Assembly (NCBI GenBank): GCA_003221005.1
Contig: QHTZ01000067.1
Coordinates: forward strand, 11,417-75,416
Length of the DNA: 64,000 nt
From: Gemmatimonadota bacterium
Lineage (GTDB): Bacteria > Gemmatimonadota > Gemmatimonadetes > Gemmatimonadales > GWC2-71-9
Direction of reading: 5' to 3'
The notes under the pieces were generated by a model, which had not been told where the DNA came from, did not search any database, and was given only the letters and a program-made list of their open reading frames with translations. The translations under genes and the position numbers were made by a program. Of the stretch, positions 32,492 to 42,308 are shown in pieces (position 1 is the first letter of the stretch; the number at the start of each line of letters is the position of its first letter).

Positions 32492-33615
32492 CGGCAGCTC
32501 GCGCAAGCCTGCGCATCGCCCTCGTCGCCGAGGACTACTACCCCCAACTGGGGGGCGTCCCGGAGCACGTGCATCATCTGGCCCTCGAGCTCAACCGCCG
32601 TGGCCACGCCGCCACCATCGTCACTTCGCGGATGCGCGGGCCGCAGCGCGATGCCTCGTTCGTGCGCCGCGTGGGCACGAGCGTCGTGCTCTACGCCAAC
32701 GGCGGCGTGTCGCGGATCACCGTCGGGTGGCGGCTCACGCGCCGGCTGACGGAGCTGTTCCAGGCGGGCCGGTTCGACGTCGTTCACATCCACGGCGGGC
32801 TCGCCCCGACCTTTGGCCTCCTCGCGCCGCTGGCCGCCTGGCGTGCCGGGATTCCGGTGGTCGCGACGTTCCATTCCTGGTTTCCGCGCTCCGCCGGCTA
32901 CCGTGTTCTCAAGCGGCCGCTGCAGCGGATGCTCGACCGTCACGCGGCGCTGATCGCCGTGAGCGAGCCCGTGGTCGCCGCGATGTCGCGTTACTTCCGC
33001 GGCGCCTGGGAGATCGTGCCGAACGGCGTGGACGTGGGATACTTCCAGCCCAACGGACGCCGGCCCGGCGATGCCCTCACGCGCGGTCCCCGGCTGCTGT
33101 TCCTGGCGAGACTCGAGCCGAGGAACGGGCTTTCAACCGTGCTCGACGCGATGCCGCGGATCCTCGAGCGCTTCCCGGCGGCCGAGCTGACCGTGGCCGG
33201 CGATGGACCGTGGCGCGGCTATTACGAGCGCCGCGCGCGCTCCCTCGGACCCCGCGTGCGCTTCCTCGGCCGGGTGTTCGGGGACCGCCCGCTGCACTAC
33301 GGCACCGCAGACCTCTATCTCTGTCCAACCACGCGGGCGTCGTTCGGCGTCACCCTGCTCGAGGCGATGGCCTGCGGCACACCGCTCGTCGTATCGGACA
33401 ACGTGGGCTTCCGCGCGGTGCTCGGCGACGGCACCGAGGCCGCCATCGTCCCGAACGACGACCCAGCCGTGTGGGCCGACACAACCATCGCCCTGATCGA
33501 GGATCCGGGGCGACGCGACGCGATGAGCCGGGCCGGACTCGCGAAGGCCGCACGGTTCGCCTGGCCACGGATCGCGGACCAGACGCTCGCCATCTATCAG
33601 CGGATCCTCGCGTGA
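32488..33615 (+). CDS. GT4 glycosyltransferase (PimA-like)
   Basis: YYPQLGGVPEH, IVPNGVD and SFGVTLLEAMACG motifs; GTG overlaps the upstream stop. Confidence 0.9.
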   Translation: MTAARASLRIALVAEDYYPQLGGVPEHVHHLALELNRRGHAATIVTSRMRGPQRDASFVRRVGTSVVLYANGGVSRITVGWRLTRRLTELFQAGRFDVVHIHGGLAPTFGLLAPLAAWRAGIPVVATFHSWFPRSAGYRVLKRPLQRMLDRHAALIAVSEPVVAAMSRYFRGAWEIVPNGVDVGYFQPNGRRPGDALTRGPRLLFLARLEPRNGLSTVLDAMPRILERFPAAELTVAGDGPWRGYYERRARSLGPRVRFLGRVFGDRPLHYGTADLYLCPTTRASFGVTLLEAMACGTPLVVSDNVGFRAVLGDGTEAAIVPNDDPAVWADTTIALIEDPGRRDAMSRAGLAKAARFAWPRIADQTLAIYQRILA

Positions 33616-34313
33616 TTGCTGCTGCCGTCGCGGGGATCGGGGCGGCCGCCGCCGGCACGCTCGCGCTCGGCGCCTATGCTCCCAACAGCCGCGTGTTTGG
33701 GGACGTGATCGGGCGCGGTCCCCGGAGCTCCCGCACGCTCTACCTGACGTTCGACGACGGCCCGAACCCCACCGCGACGGCGAGCGTCCTGGAGACGCTC
33801 GCGCGAGAGCGCGTCGCCGCTGGGTTCTTCCTGGTCGGGGAGCACGTGCGCCGCTACCCGGAGCTCGCACGGCAGGTCGCCGCTGCCGCTCACGAGGTGG
33901 GAAATCACACGCAGCATCACGTGAAGCTCCATCTGCTCGGGCCGCGGCGCATCCGCCGGGAGCTAGAGGATGCCCACGGGGCGATCAGCGCCGCTGTGGG
34001 ACGGTCACCCCGCGCGTTCCGGGCTCCGCACGGCTACCGCAACCCGTTCGTAACGGCGGCGGCGCGCCGCCTTGGCTACCGCGTCGTCGGCTGGACGTTC
34101 GGTGTGTGGGACTCGGACCGCCCGGGGGCGGAGGAGATCCGGCGCCGGGTCCGCGTCAAGGCCAGCCCGGGCGCCATCGTCCTGCTGCACGACGGCGACG
34201 GCTACGATCCCGCCGGTGACCGCAGCCAGACCGCCGCCGCGCTCCCCGGGGTCATTCGCGACGCACGGGATGCAGGCTACTCATTCCGCCCGCTGGCGGA
34301 GCTGCTCGCGTGA
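33612..34313 (+). CDS. Polysaccharide deacetylase (CE4/NodB)
   Basis: LTFDDGP, GNHTQHH, FRAPHG and IVLLHDG motifs. Confidence 0.92.
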   Translation: MIAAAVAGIGAAAAGTLALGAYAPNSRVFGDVIGRGPRSSRTLYLTFDDGPNPTATASVLETLARERVAAGFFLVGEHVRRYPELARQVAAAAHEVGNHTQHHVKLHLLGPRRIRRELEDAHGAISAAVGRSPRAFRAPHGYRNPFVTAAARRLGYRVVGWTFGVWDSDRPGAEEIRRRVRVKASPGAIVLLHDGDGYDPAGDRSQTAAALPGVIRDARDAGYSFRPLAELLA

Positions 34314-35257
34314 GGCCAGGCGTGGCGCGCTGGGCGTGGGGCGTCGCTACCCTGGCGGGGTTGGTGGCGGTGTCGGTTCTGGTGCTGCGGTTTCCCTGGC
34401 AACACACGTTCCAGGTGCTCGCCGCCGTCAACGTGGGACTGCTCGCCACGGCGCTGCTCATCAACCTGCTCTCCCCCCTCGCCAAGGGCTGGGCGTGGCA
34501 TCTGCTGCTCCAGCCGGTCGCGGCGAACCGCTGGTGGGTCGCCGAGGAGGCGAACCTGATCGGCACGGCGGTGAACAGCATCGCGGCGGGAGTGAGCGGC
34601 GAGGCCGCTCGCATTTCGCTCATCATGCGGCGCGACACGGTGCCGCTGCGGCCGGCCGTGCTGTCGGTCGTGTGGTCACGCGGCGTGGAAGCGCTGGGTC
34701 TCGGGCTGTTCCTCGTGCTCGCCCCCCTCGTGCTCGAGCTCCCGGCGCCACTGCGGGGCCTGCAGATCGGCGCCGGTGCGGCGCTCGTCGCCGCGCTGGC
34801 GCTGACGCGGGTCCGCGGCCTCGGCGACCTGATCGCCAAGCTTCCCGCGAGCCTGCGCGCCGGCGCGGCAGAGCTTGCCGAAATGAGCTGGGGCGGCCGA
34901 CTGATCGCCCCCACGGCGCTCGCCCTCGTGAGCTGGGCCGCCGAATGGGCCACGTTTCACCTCACGCTCCGGGCCGTCCACATTCCCGCGTCCTACGCCG
35001 CCTCGTTCACGGCGCTGATCGCCGTGAACGTGGGCGGTCTCATCCGAGTCACCCCCGCCAACGTTGGCGTCATGCAGGCGGCGCTCGTGGGCGCCCTGGT
35101 GCCGTTCGGCGTCGCCGCCGACCAGGCCGTCGCGGGCGGACTGGCCCTCCAGGCGATCGAGGTCCTTCCCGTGCTCGCCCTCGCCTTCGCCGTTGCGGGC
35201 TGGACGGGGCTCGTGTCCCTGATGACCGCAGCCGCCGGGCCGCGCGAAGCAACCTGA
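34310..35257 (+). CDS. LPG-synthase TM / flippase-like membrane protein (UPF0104)
   Basis: Multi-TM protein; GEAAR and TPANVGV motifs typical of the family. Confidence 0.8.
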   Translation: MRPGVARWAWGVATLAGLVAVSVLVLRFPWQHTFQVLAAVNVGLLATALLINLLSPLAKGWAWHLLLQPVAANRWWVAEEANLIGTAVNSIAAGVSGEAARISLIMRRDTVPLRPAVLSVVWSRGVEALGLGLFLVLAPLVLELPAPLRGLQIGAGAALVAALALTRVRGLGDLIAKLPASLRAGAAELAEMSWGGRLIAPTALALVSWAAEWATFHLTLRAVHIPASYAASFTALIAVNVGGLIRVTPANVGVMQAALVGALVPFGVAADQAVAGGLALQAIEVLPVLALAFAVAGWTGLVSLMTAAAGPREAT

Positions 35258-35376
35258 GCCGCTCGGACGGCGCGCCACTTCCGGACGCATGTAGTGTAGA
35301 TAGTGGACGGCCTGGACCCTCACTATTTTGAACGGTGCGTTCCCGCACCGCACCCTCCACCTCCTGGGAGTGAGCC

Positions 35377-36801
35377 ATGACGCTTGAGACTCGGACGCTG
35401 TCCGTCATCGCCTTCACCGGTCTCATTGCGGCGTGTGGCGGGGGCACCGTCGGCATACCGTTCATCGGCTCGGTGAACGGCGCGGCCTCGCCAGCAGGAG
35501 CCGTCGGCGCCCAAGTGATCATCTCGGGCGTCAGTTACGGGGACGTGCAGGGGAGCAGCCAGGTGTTGTTCACGAACTCACTCGGCGGCCTCAGCGTCGC
35601 CGCCCCGATCGCACAGGCGAGCGATTGGACCAATACGTACATCATCACCACGGTGCCGGCCGGGGCGTTCAGCGGCGCACTGGTCGTACAGACCGGCGGC
35701 GGCACGAGCGGCGGCTGGCCATTCACGGTCAGCCCGAGCGTACCGAACGTGCCCCTCACTCCCTCAGCGGTGTCCTGGACCGCGGGCAGCTCGCTCCCCG
35801 TCGCTGTGAGCGGGAATGCTGCTGTGTATGCCCGCGTCCGGACAACGTACGGGACCGACACGGGGTTCGTCTACTCAATCGGCGGCGCGGACAACACGGG
35901 CACGCCGACGACCGGTGTGTACTACGCCGGTATCGGCACGAACGGCTCGCTCGAAGCGTGGAAGGCGACCGCATCGCTGCCCACGGCGCTGGCGTTCCAC
36001 GCCGCCGTCGCCGCCACTCCCCGGAACTCCCCCGTCAACACCACCGGCTATCTCTACGTGCTCGGTGGCGCGACCAATTCGTCCGGCACGGTCTACCGCG
36101 CCGCGCTGAATGCGGACGGGACGGTCGGCGCCTGGACCTCAGTCGGCACCCTTCCCGCGCTCCATTCGTTCGGCGCCATCATCCACCTCGGCTCGCTATA
36201 CGTCGTGGGAGGAGCCAACAACAGCGCGAACACCGCAGTAGCCACGGTGTACCGGAGGACGATCCAGGTGGACGGGTCCCTCACGACCCCCCCCGGAACC
36301 CAAGGGCCCCTGCCAGCGCCCCGGGCTCGCTTGGGCATCGGTGCGTACGGGCTCTATATGTACGCCGTGGGCGGCGACACGGCGACGCTCGCCCCCAACG
36401 ACGCGACGCCACCGAACTCGGGGGTCGTCGCTGTGTTCTACGGCAAGCTCAACCCTAGCTCGCACGACATCGCGACGTGGACCGCGGCCGGACAGCTCGA
36501 AACGGCTCGCTCGGCGCACACGGCCGTCATCGCGGGAGGCAACATCCTCGTCACAGGCGGGCTCTACAGCGGAGCGGCGACCGGAACGAACGAGGACAGC
36601 TATGCCGCTATCGCCGCAGACGGCACCGTGGGGAGCTTCAGCCCGGCCTCGGGCGGGACCAAGCTCACGTCCAACCTGTTCAACCACGCCGCCATCGGAT
36701 ACTTGAGCACCGGCAGCAATCCGACCTTCCACCTCGTGGTCGTGGGGGGGGACAACGTGAATGCCCCGGGAACCAAGAGTGCCCAGTCGTTCATCTACTG
36801 A
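35377..36801 (+). CDS. Surface lipoprotein with IPT/TIG-like domain and Kelch-like repeats
   Basis: Lipobox IAAC; repeated (L/V)YxxGG and W blades; Thr/Gly/Ser rich. Confidence 0.75.
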   Translation: MTLETRTLSVIAFTGLIAACGGGTVGIPFIGSVNGAASPAGAVGAQVIISGVSYGDVQGSSQVLFTNSLGGLSVAAPIAQASDWTNTYIITTVPAGAFSGALVVQTGGGTSGGWPFTVSPSVPNVPLTPSAVSWTAGSSLPVAVSGNAAVYARVRTTYGTDTGFVYSIGGADNTGTPTTGVYYAGIGTNGSLEAWKATASLPTALAFHAAVAATPRNSPVNTTGYLYVLGGATNSSGTVYRAALNADGTVGAWTSVGTLPALHSFGAIIHLGSLYVVGGANNSANTAVATVYRRTIQVDGSLTTPPGTQGPLPAPRARLGIGAYGLYMYAVGGDTATLAPNDATPPNSGVVAVFYGKLNPSSHDIATWTAAGQLETARSAHTAVIAGGNILVTGGLYSGAATGTNEDSYAAIAADGTVGSFSPASGGTKLTSNLFNHAAIGYLSTGSNPTFHLVVVGGDNVNAPGTKSAQSFIY

Positions 36802-36807
36802 GGCGTT

Positions 36808-38463
36808 CTAGCTCGTCGCTAGCTCCGCGCCCGGCAGAAACCGGGGTGGCCGGCGCGCCCGGGTCGCCTGCTCGAGCCCGTATGCCAGCTTGATGAGGAG
36901 CGGTTCGCTGTACGGCCGCCCGATGAACGACACACCGACGGGGAGCGCGAACACGTAGCCCATCGGAACGGTGATGCTCGGATACCCTGCCACGGCGGCC
37001 GGCGTCGAGCTGCCGCCCAGGAAGTGATCGCCGTTCACTAGGTCGATCGTCCAGGGCGGATTCCCCGTGGGGGCGACCACGGCGTCGAGCGCGAACTTCG
37101 CGAGCACAGCGTCGAGCCCCTGGTCCCGCGCGAGTAGCTGGTCCTTCGCCAGCGCCTTCAAATAAGCGTCCTCTGTCAGGGACCCCTTCGCCTCCGCCTT
37201 CTCGAAGAGGTCCTGATCGAAGTAGGTCAGCTCGTCGGCCTGATGCCGCTCGTTGAAATCGATCAACTCCTTGAGGGTGTGGACCGGCGCAGCGGCGCCA
37301 AGGTCGGCGAGGTAGCGGTTGAGGTCGGCCTTGAACTCGTACAGCAGGACCTCGAGCTCCGAGTCGTCGTACTCGCCGGCGTGGGGGATGTCCGCGGGGT
37401 CCACGATCACCGCGCCGAGGCGCCGCATCGTGTCCAACGCCTCCTCCACCAGGCGGTCGGTCGGGGGGTGATAGCCGAAGAACTTGGTGCGCGCGACTCC
37501 GATGCGGGCCCCCTTGAGCCCGTTCGGGTCGAGGAACGAGGCGTAGTCCGTAGAGCCCATAGCCTGGCTCCCCTGCGTGGCGGGATCGCGCGGATCGACT
37601 CCCGCGAGCACGCTGAGCAGGACGGCGGCGTCGGCCACAGTGCGGGCCATGGGGCCCGCCGTGTCCTGGCTGTGGGCGATGGGGACGATCCCGGAGCGGC
37701 TGACGAGCCCCAGCGTCGGCTTGATGCCGACGAGGGAATGCGCCGCCGACGGGCAAACGATGGAGCCGTCCGTCTCCGTCCCGACCGCGACGGCGCAGCA
37801 GCTCGCGGCGACCGCGGCAGCCGACCCCGAGCTCGATCCGCAGGGGCTGCGATCGAGGGCGTAGGGATTGCGGCACTGACCGCCCCGCGCGCTCCAGCCG
37901 CTCGAGGAGTGGCTCGAGCGGAAGTTCGCCCATTCGCTCAGGTTGGTCTTCCCGAGGATGACCGCTCCAGCGGCTCGCAAGTGCTCAGCCACGAACGCGT
38001 CGCGTGGCGCCCGGGCCCCGACCAGGGCCAGCGACCCCGCGGTCGTTGCCATGCGGTCCGCCGTCGCGACGTTGTCCTTGATCATCACGGGGACGCCGTG
38101 GAGCGGGCCCCGCGGACCCTTGGCCCGGCGCTCGGCGTCGAGCGAATCTGCGATGGCGAGGGCGTCGGGGTTGGTCTCGAGCACCGCCCGGATCGCCGGC
38201 CCCCGGCGGTCCAGGGCGTCGATGCGCGAGAGATACTGCTCGCACAGCCCTCGTGCGGTGTAGCGGCCCGACCGCATCCCCTGCTGCAGCTCCGCGACCG
38301 TAGCTTCTGCGAGATCGAACAGCGCCGGCGCGATAGGCGGGCCCGAGGGCATCGGCGCGGTCATCCGAGCGGGGGTGCGGCGGTCGACAGCCGCGGCCGC
38401 CGCGGCGAGCGTGCCGTACCGCAGGAACTCGCGGCGATCGATCGCATCCTGACGAGCGTGCAT
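36808..38463 (-). CDS. Amidase (amidase signature family), Tat-exported
   Basis: DRREFL twin-Arg; IKDN, GKTNLSEWAN, GSSSGS and GTETDGS motifs. Confidence 0.93.
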   Translation of the reverse strand: MHARQDAIDRREFLRYGTLAAAAAAVDRRTPARMTAPMPSGPPIAPALFDLAEATVAELQQGMRSGRYTARGLCEQYLSRIDALDRRGPAIRAVLETNPDALAIADSLDAERRAKGPRGPLHGVPVMIKDNVATADRMATTAGSLALVGARAPRDAFVAEHLRAAGAVILGKTNLSEWANFRSSHSSSGWSARGGQCRNPYALDRSPCGSSSGSAAAVAASCCAVAVGTETDGSIVCPSAAHSLVGIKPTLGLVSRSGIVPIAHSQDTAGPMARTVADAAVLLSVLAGVDPRDPATQGSQAMGSTDYASFLDPNGLKGARIGVARTKFFGYHPPTDRLVEEALDTMRRLGAVIVDPADIPHAGEYDDSELEVLLYEFKADLNRYLADLGAAAPVHTLKELIDFNERHQADELTYFDQDLFEKAEAKGSLTEDAYLKALAKDQLLARDQGLDAVLAKFALDAVVAPTGNPPWTIDLVNGDHFLGGSSTPAAVAGYPSITVPMGYVFALPVGVSFIGRPYSEPLLIKLAYGLEQATRARRPPRFLPGAELATS

Positions 38464-38520
38464 GTGCGGTCTCCTCGCTTGGGCGGAGGCTGAACACCAT
38501 AGATACCTTAAGGAGGTCGA

Positions 38521-38931
38521 ATGAACGCGAGCAAGGGAGTACGGTGGGCCGTGATCGGCTTGTCGGCGCTCGTCGCCGGATGCCTCGTGGCGGCCGCCGG
38601 CGCCGGCGCGGGCGGCGGCATCTACTTCACGTCGCGCGGGGCGGAGGGAGTGGTGCCTGCGTCAGTCGAGCGGGCGGCTCACGCGACGGACCAGGCGTTC
38701 GATCACTTCAAGATCAGGAAGACGAAGGTCGCGGCAGAGCGGAGCGATGAGGGCCAGAAGCAGGAGATCTCAGGGACGGCGGCCGAGCGCAAGGAGGAGG
38801 TCACCGTCACACTCCGGGCTGAAGACCCCGGGTCCACTCGGATTCAGGTCGTGGCCCGGAAGAGCGCCGTGACGTGGGACAAGAGCTTCGCGCGCGCGGT
38901 GCTGGAGCAGATCGTCACGTCCGCGCGCTGA
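38521..38931 (+). CDS. Lipoprotein, DUF3568-like
   Basis: AAGGAGG RBS; LVAGC lipobox followed by AAAGAGAGG. Confidence 0.7.
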   Translation: MNASKGVRWAVIGLSALVAGCLVAAAGAGAGGGIYFTSRGAEGVVPASVERAAHATDQAFDHFKIRKTKVAAERSDEGQKQEISGTAAERKEEVTVTLRAEDPGSTRIQVVARKSAVTWDKSFARAVLEQIVTSAR

Positions 38932-38965
38932 GGCGACCGGCGCCCCGATACCCTCACAGATCTCC

Positions 38966-39190
38966 CTACCGGGTGGGGCTGCACCTGGACGCCGCCGACT
39001 GAATTCCCGTGGCGGACGTGCAGGAATTGATCCGGTCGCTCGTGGCTGCGCCGTTTGCTTGCGCGTGAAGCGCGGGGGCACGGTACATCATCGGGTCCAT
39101 GGGGTCCATCGTAGTGCCGCCCGTACCGCTGCCGTGGCAGGCGGCCAGGAGCAGAGTCGCGAACCCCAACAGGGACACTAAGCGCATCAT
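38966..39190 (-). CDS. Small (74 aa) lipoprotein-like peptide with a Ser/Thr/Cys-rich C-terminus
   Basis: GGAGG RBS; hydrophobic leader ending LLLAAC; own near-consensus promoter upstream. Confidence 0.65.
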   Translation of the reverse strand: MMRLVSLLGFATLLLAACHGSGTGGTTMDPMDPMMYRAPALHAQANGAATSDRINSCTSATGIQSAASRCSPTR

Positions 39191-39235
39191 GGAACCTCCA
39201 GCGTGCGGACGAGGGCTCGTCATCGGCGACCGGGA

Positions 39236-39264
39236 ATTGTATGTGAGCATCGTCCCTTTTTCAA
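39236..39264 (-). promoter_or_regulatory. Sigma70-type promoter of the 74-aa peptide gene
   Basis: TTGAAA (39264-59), 17 bp, TACAAT (39241-36) on the minus strand. Confidence 0.7.
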
Positions 39265-39267
39265 CCA

Positions 39268-40653
39268 TTACACCCCGCCGTTGTTCCCCGCGAGGGCGAG
39301 CAACGCCTCGCGCGCCTTGCGCGCCTCCTCCCGCGCCGTGGCGCCGTTCGTCGCGTCGAGGCGGTGCGACTCGACTTCGTGGCGCAGCCAGCGATCGGCG
39401 TACCGGTACAGCTCGCGCGGATACCGGCCGCGCACGTCATAGTCACGATCGGTGGCCGCGGCCCAATCGCGGGTTGCAACGACGCGGTCGCCCAGCTCCC
39501 GGAAGTACGCCGTGTTCTTGATCGGGTACGCGACCGTGGTGAGGAAAACGTCGGGATCGGCGCGCCTCACGAGCGCGACCGTCTCCGCGATGTCGTCCAC
39601 GGTCTCGCCCTCGTAGCCCCACATCAGGAACATGCCGACCCGAAGCCCATGGCGCTTGGCGGCCCGGGTGGCGAAGAGCACCTGCTCCACGGTGACGCCG
39701 CGCTCCATTGCGTCCAGGATCCGCTGGCTCCCGCTCTCCGCGCCGATCCAGATGCGCCAGCAGCCCATCTCGGCCAGCGTGCGCAGAACGTCCTCCTGCA
39801 TCATGCGGTCGGCCCGGGAGATCGTTTCGAAGGGCACGCGCAGGCGCCGACGTTGCAGCTCGGCGGCATAGTCGTACAGCCAGCGATGGTGAATCGTGAA
39901 CACGTCATCCGCATACCAGACGATGTCCGGCCGGTAGCGCTGCACCAGGAACTCGAGCTCGTCGGCGACGCCGGCGACGCTGCGGCGCCGATGGGTGTAG
40001 CCGAAAACGGCGTGCGAGCACCAGCGGCAGCGATAGGGACAGCCGCGCGCCGTGATCAGGTTCACACTCCCGGTTCCGTGATGCGTGCGCCACACATCCA
40101 CATACCGCTGGACGTCGATCGCGTCGCGATCAGGCCACGGGAGGGCATCGAGGTCGCGGATCTGGGGGCGGTCCGGATTGATGACAACGGTGCCGCTCTC
40201 GTCCCGAAAGGCCGCGCCAGCCATGCCGTGCAGCCGGTGCGGCCCGCGCGCGTCGAGAGCGGGGAGCAGCTCGACCATGGTCTCCTCGCCCTCGCCGAAC
40301 ACCACGACGTCGGCACCGCGCGCCAAGTACTCTGCCGGGTAGTTGGCGGCCTCGGGGCCGCCGAGCACGACGGTCCAACCCTGTGACTTGGCCCGGGTGA
40401 CGAGGTCCAGCACCGACCCCCGCGTGATGAGATTCGTGTATACGCCGAGGACGCCGGCAGGCGCCGTTCCGAGCCGCGCGGCGAGCGCATCGCGGGTGGC
40501 AAAGGTGGTGTCGAACACCTCGACGCCCAGACCCGCGCGCCGCAGATACGCGGCGACGTAGAGCAGCCCGAGGGGCGGGTACGGCTTCATCACTTCCCGC
40601 TCCTTCGGGTCGTCGTCGAGGAAGTAGCCGTGGGTGAGGAGAATGTCGGTCAT
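39268..40653 (-). CDS. Cobalamin-dependent radical SAM protein (type A, copy 1)
   Basis: B12-binding N-domain (PYPPLGLLY, VLGGP, GEGE), RGCPYRCRWC motif, GAESG. Confidence 0.92.
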   Translation of the reverse strand: MTDILLTHGYFLDDDPKEREVMKPYPPLGLLYVAAYLRRAGLGVEVFDTTFATRDALAARLGTAPAGVLGVYTNLITRGSVLDLVTRAKSQGWTVVLGGPEAANYPAEYLARGADVVVFGEGEETMVELLPALDARGPHRLHGMAGAAFRDESGTVVINPDRPQIRDLDALPWPDRDAIDVQRYVDVWRTHHGTGSVNLITARGCPYRCRWCSHAVFGYTHRRRSVAGVADELEFLVQRYRPDIVWYADDVFTIHHRWLYDYAAELQRRRLRVPFETISRADRMMQEDVLRTLAEMGCWRIWIGAESGSQRILDAMERGVTVEQVLFATRAAKRHGLRVGMFLMWGYEGETVDDIAETVALVRRADPDVFLTTVAYPIKNTAYFRELGDRVVATRDWAAATDRDYDVRGRYPRELYRYADRWLRHEVESHRLDATNGATAREEARKAREALLALAGNNGGV

Positions 40654-40660
40654 GAACGGC

Positions 40661-41461
40661 TCAGCGCACAACCGTTTCCCAGACGTCGAAGCGGGACGGG
40701 GGGCGGCGGCCCAGCGCACGGGCGGCAAGCGGGCGAAGCTCGTACCAAAGGGGATAGCGCACGCGGTGACGGCGCCAAGAGAGGTGGAAGGGCGCCGACG
40801 CGGCGGCGAGCCGATCCGCTGTGAGATACTCGATCATCCGCAGCGCGAGCAGGTCGGCGGCGCGATCCCCCCATTCCCGGCGTGCGGTCTCACGTTTTTC
40901 AGCGACCATCCGTTCTCCATCTACGGCACGCCCGTAGAACGGGCTGTCAAGGATAACGAGCCGGCCTCCGGGAAGGGTCGCGCGGACCGCCTCCCCGATC
41001 GTCCCGTCGAGTGACGACGTGTAATGGATGGCGGCGTTAAAGACGACGAGATCGAACGCGCGCTTCACGGGAAGCGCGTCGAAGGACGCCGCCACGCGGG
41101 ACAACGCCGGCGCGAGGTGAGCCCCGTACGCCGCGCCCGCGCCAAGGCCATCCACCGCGTCGCGCCGCCAATCGAGCGCGACGCACCGATGGCCCTGCAG
41201 CGCGAGCCGGTAGCAGAGCCAGCCGTTCCCCGCTCCCAGGTCCAGGACGTTGAGCGGTTGCGGAGCCCGGGCCCGCCTCAGTGGCGCCACCACCGCGCGC
41301 AGCAAGCACTCGTAGCTCCGGGCCCGCACGGCCCACTGACGCGCCAGCGGTCCTGTGCGGAGATACGGGAGAGCGAGGAGCTCTGCGACTCCCCTTGAAC
41401 CGCGGCCCTCGGCCTCCCGGTGCTTGGCGTAAGCCGTGCGGAATCGCGCCGACGTCGTCAT
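40661..41461 (-). CDS. Class I SAM-dependent methyltransferase
   Basis: VLDLGAGNG, FDLVV and PGGRL motifs; TAACCT-7nt-ATG. Confidence 0.88.
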   Translation of the reverse strand: MTTSARFRTAYAKHREAEGRGSRGVAELLALPYLRTGPLARQWAVRARSYECLLRAVVAPLRRARAPQPLNVLDLGAGNGWLCYRLALQGHRCVALDWRRDAVDGLGAGAAYGAHLAPALSRVAASFDALPVKRAFDLVVFNAAIHYTSSLDGTIGEAVRATLPGGRLVILDSPFYGRAVDGERMVAEKRETARREWGDRAADLLALRMIEYLTADRLAAASAPFHLSWRRHRVRYPLWYELRPLAARALGRRPPSRFDVWETVVR

Positions 41462-41522
41462 CGGTCGAAGGTTAGCGGGTCGCTATTGGACCCGCCAGTT
41501 CCTGGGTAGATTACCCGGTTCG

Positions 41523-42308
41523 ATGTCATCCGCCGTAGCTTTCGAGACGCTCGCGCCTGAGTACGACGCGCGCTTCACCCAGAGCATGATCGGGCGATTG
41601 CTGCGCCGAGCCGTGTGGCACTGGCTCGACCGTGCCTTCGCGCCCGGTGAACGCGTCCTCGAGCTCAACTGCGGGACCGGCGAGGACGCGATGCACCTGG
41701 CCGCTCGGGGCGTGCGCATCCTCGCAACCGACGCTTCCCCCGCGATGCTCGATCTCGCACGGGCCAAGGTCAGCGATGCGGGGCTCGGCGGCCTTATCGA
41801 AATGCGGCTGACGGCGATCGACCGTCTCGCCGACTTGCGGGGGGAACTCCGGGAGGCGCTGGACGGCGCCTGGTCGAGCTTCGGCGGCCTCAACTGCGTG
41901 GCCGACGTGCCCGGCGCAGCTCGGGGTCTCGCCCCGCTGCTCAGGCCGGGGGCGCGCGTCGTGCTGTGTGTGATGGGGCCCCTGGTGCCATGGGAATGGG
42001 CGTGGTTCCTGATGCGGGGACAGGTGCGCAGCGCCCTGCGTCGGCTCACACGGGGCGGCGTGCCGTGGCGAGGGGTGACGGTCCGGTACCCGTCCATTCG
42101 CGCGCTGCGGCGGGCGTTCGCCCCGGGTTTCGTCGTCCGGCGTGTAGGCGGGCTCGGCGTGCTCCTCCCGCCCACCTACGCGGAAGCGTGGGCGCGCCGC
42201 CATCCGCACCTGATCGCACGCCTCGACCGGTGGGAGCGCCGCATCGAGCGCTGGCCCATCGTGCCTTGGCTCGGCGATCACTGCCTGCTGGAGCTGGAGC
42301 GGCGATGA
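41523..42308 (+). CDS. Class I SAM-dependent methyltransferase
   Basis: VLELNCGTGED and LLRPGA motifs. Confidence 0.88.
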   Translation: MSSAVAFETLAPEYDARFTQSMIGRLLRRAVWHWLDRAFAPGERVLELNCGTGEDAMHLAARGVRILATDASPAMLDLARAKVSDAGLGGLIEMRLTAIDRLADLRGELREALDGAWSSFGGLNCVADVPGAARGLAPLLRPGARVVLCVMGPLVPWEWAWFLMRGQVRSALRRLTRGGVPWRGVTVRYPSIRALRRAFAPGFVVRRVGGLGVLLPPTYAEAWARRHPHLIARLDRWERRIERWPIVPWLGDHCLLELERR

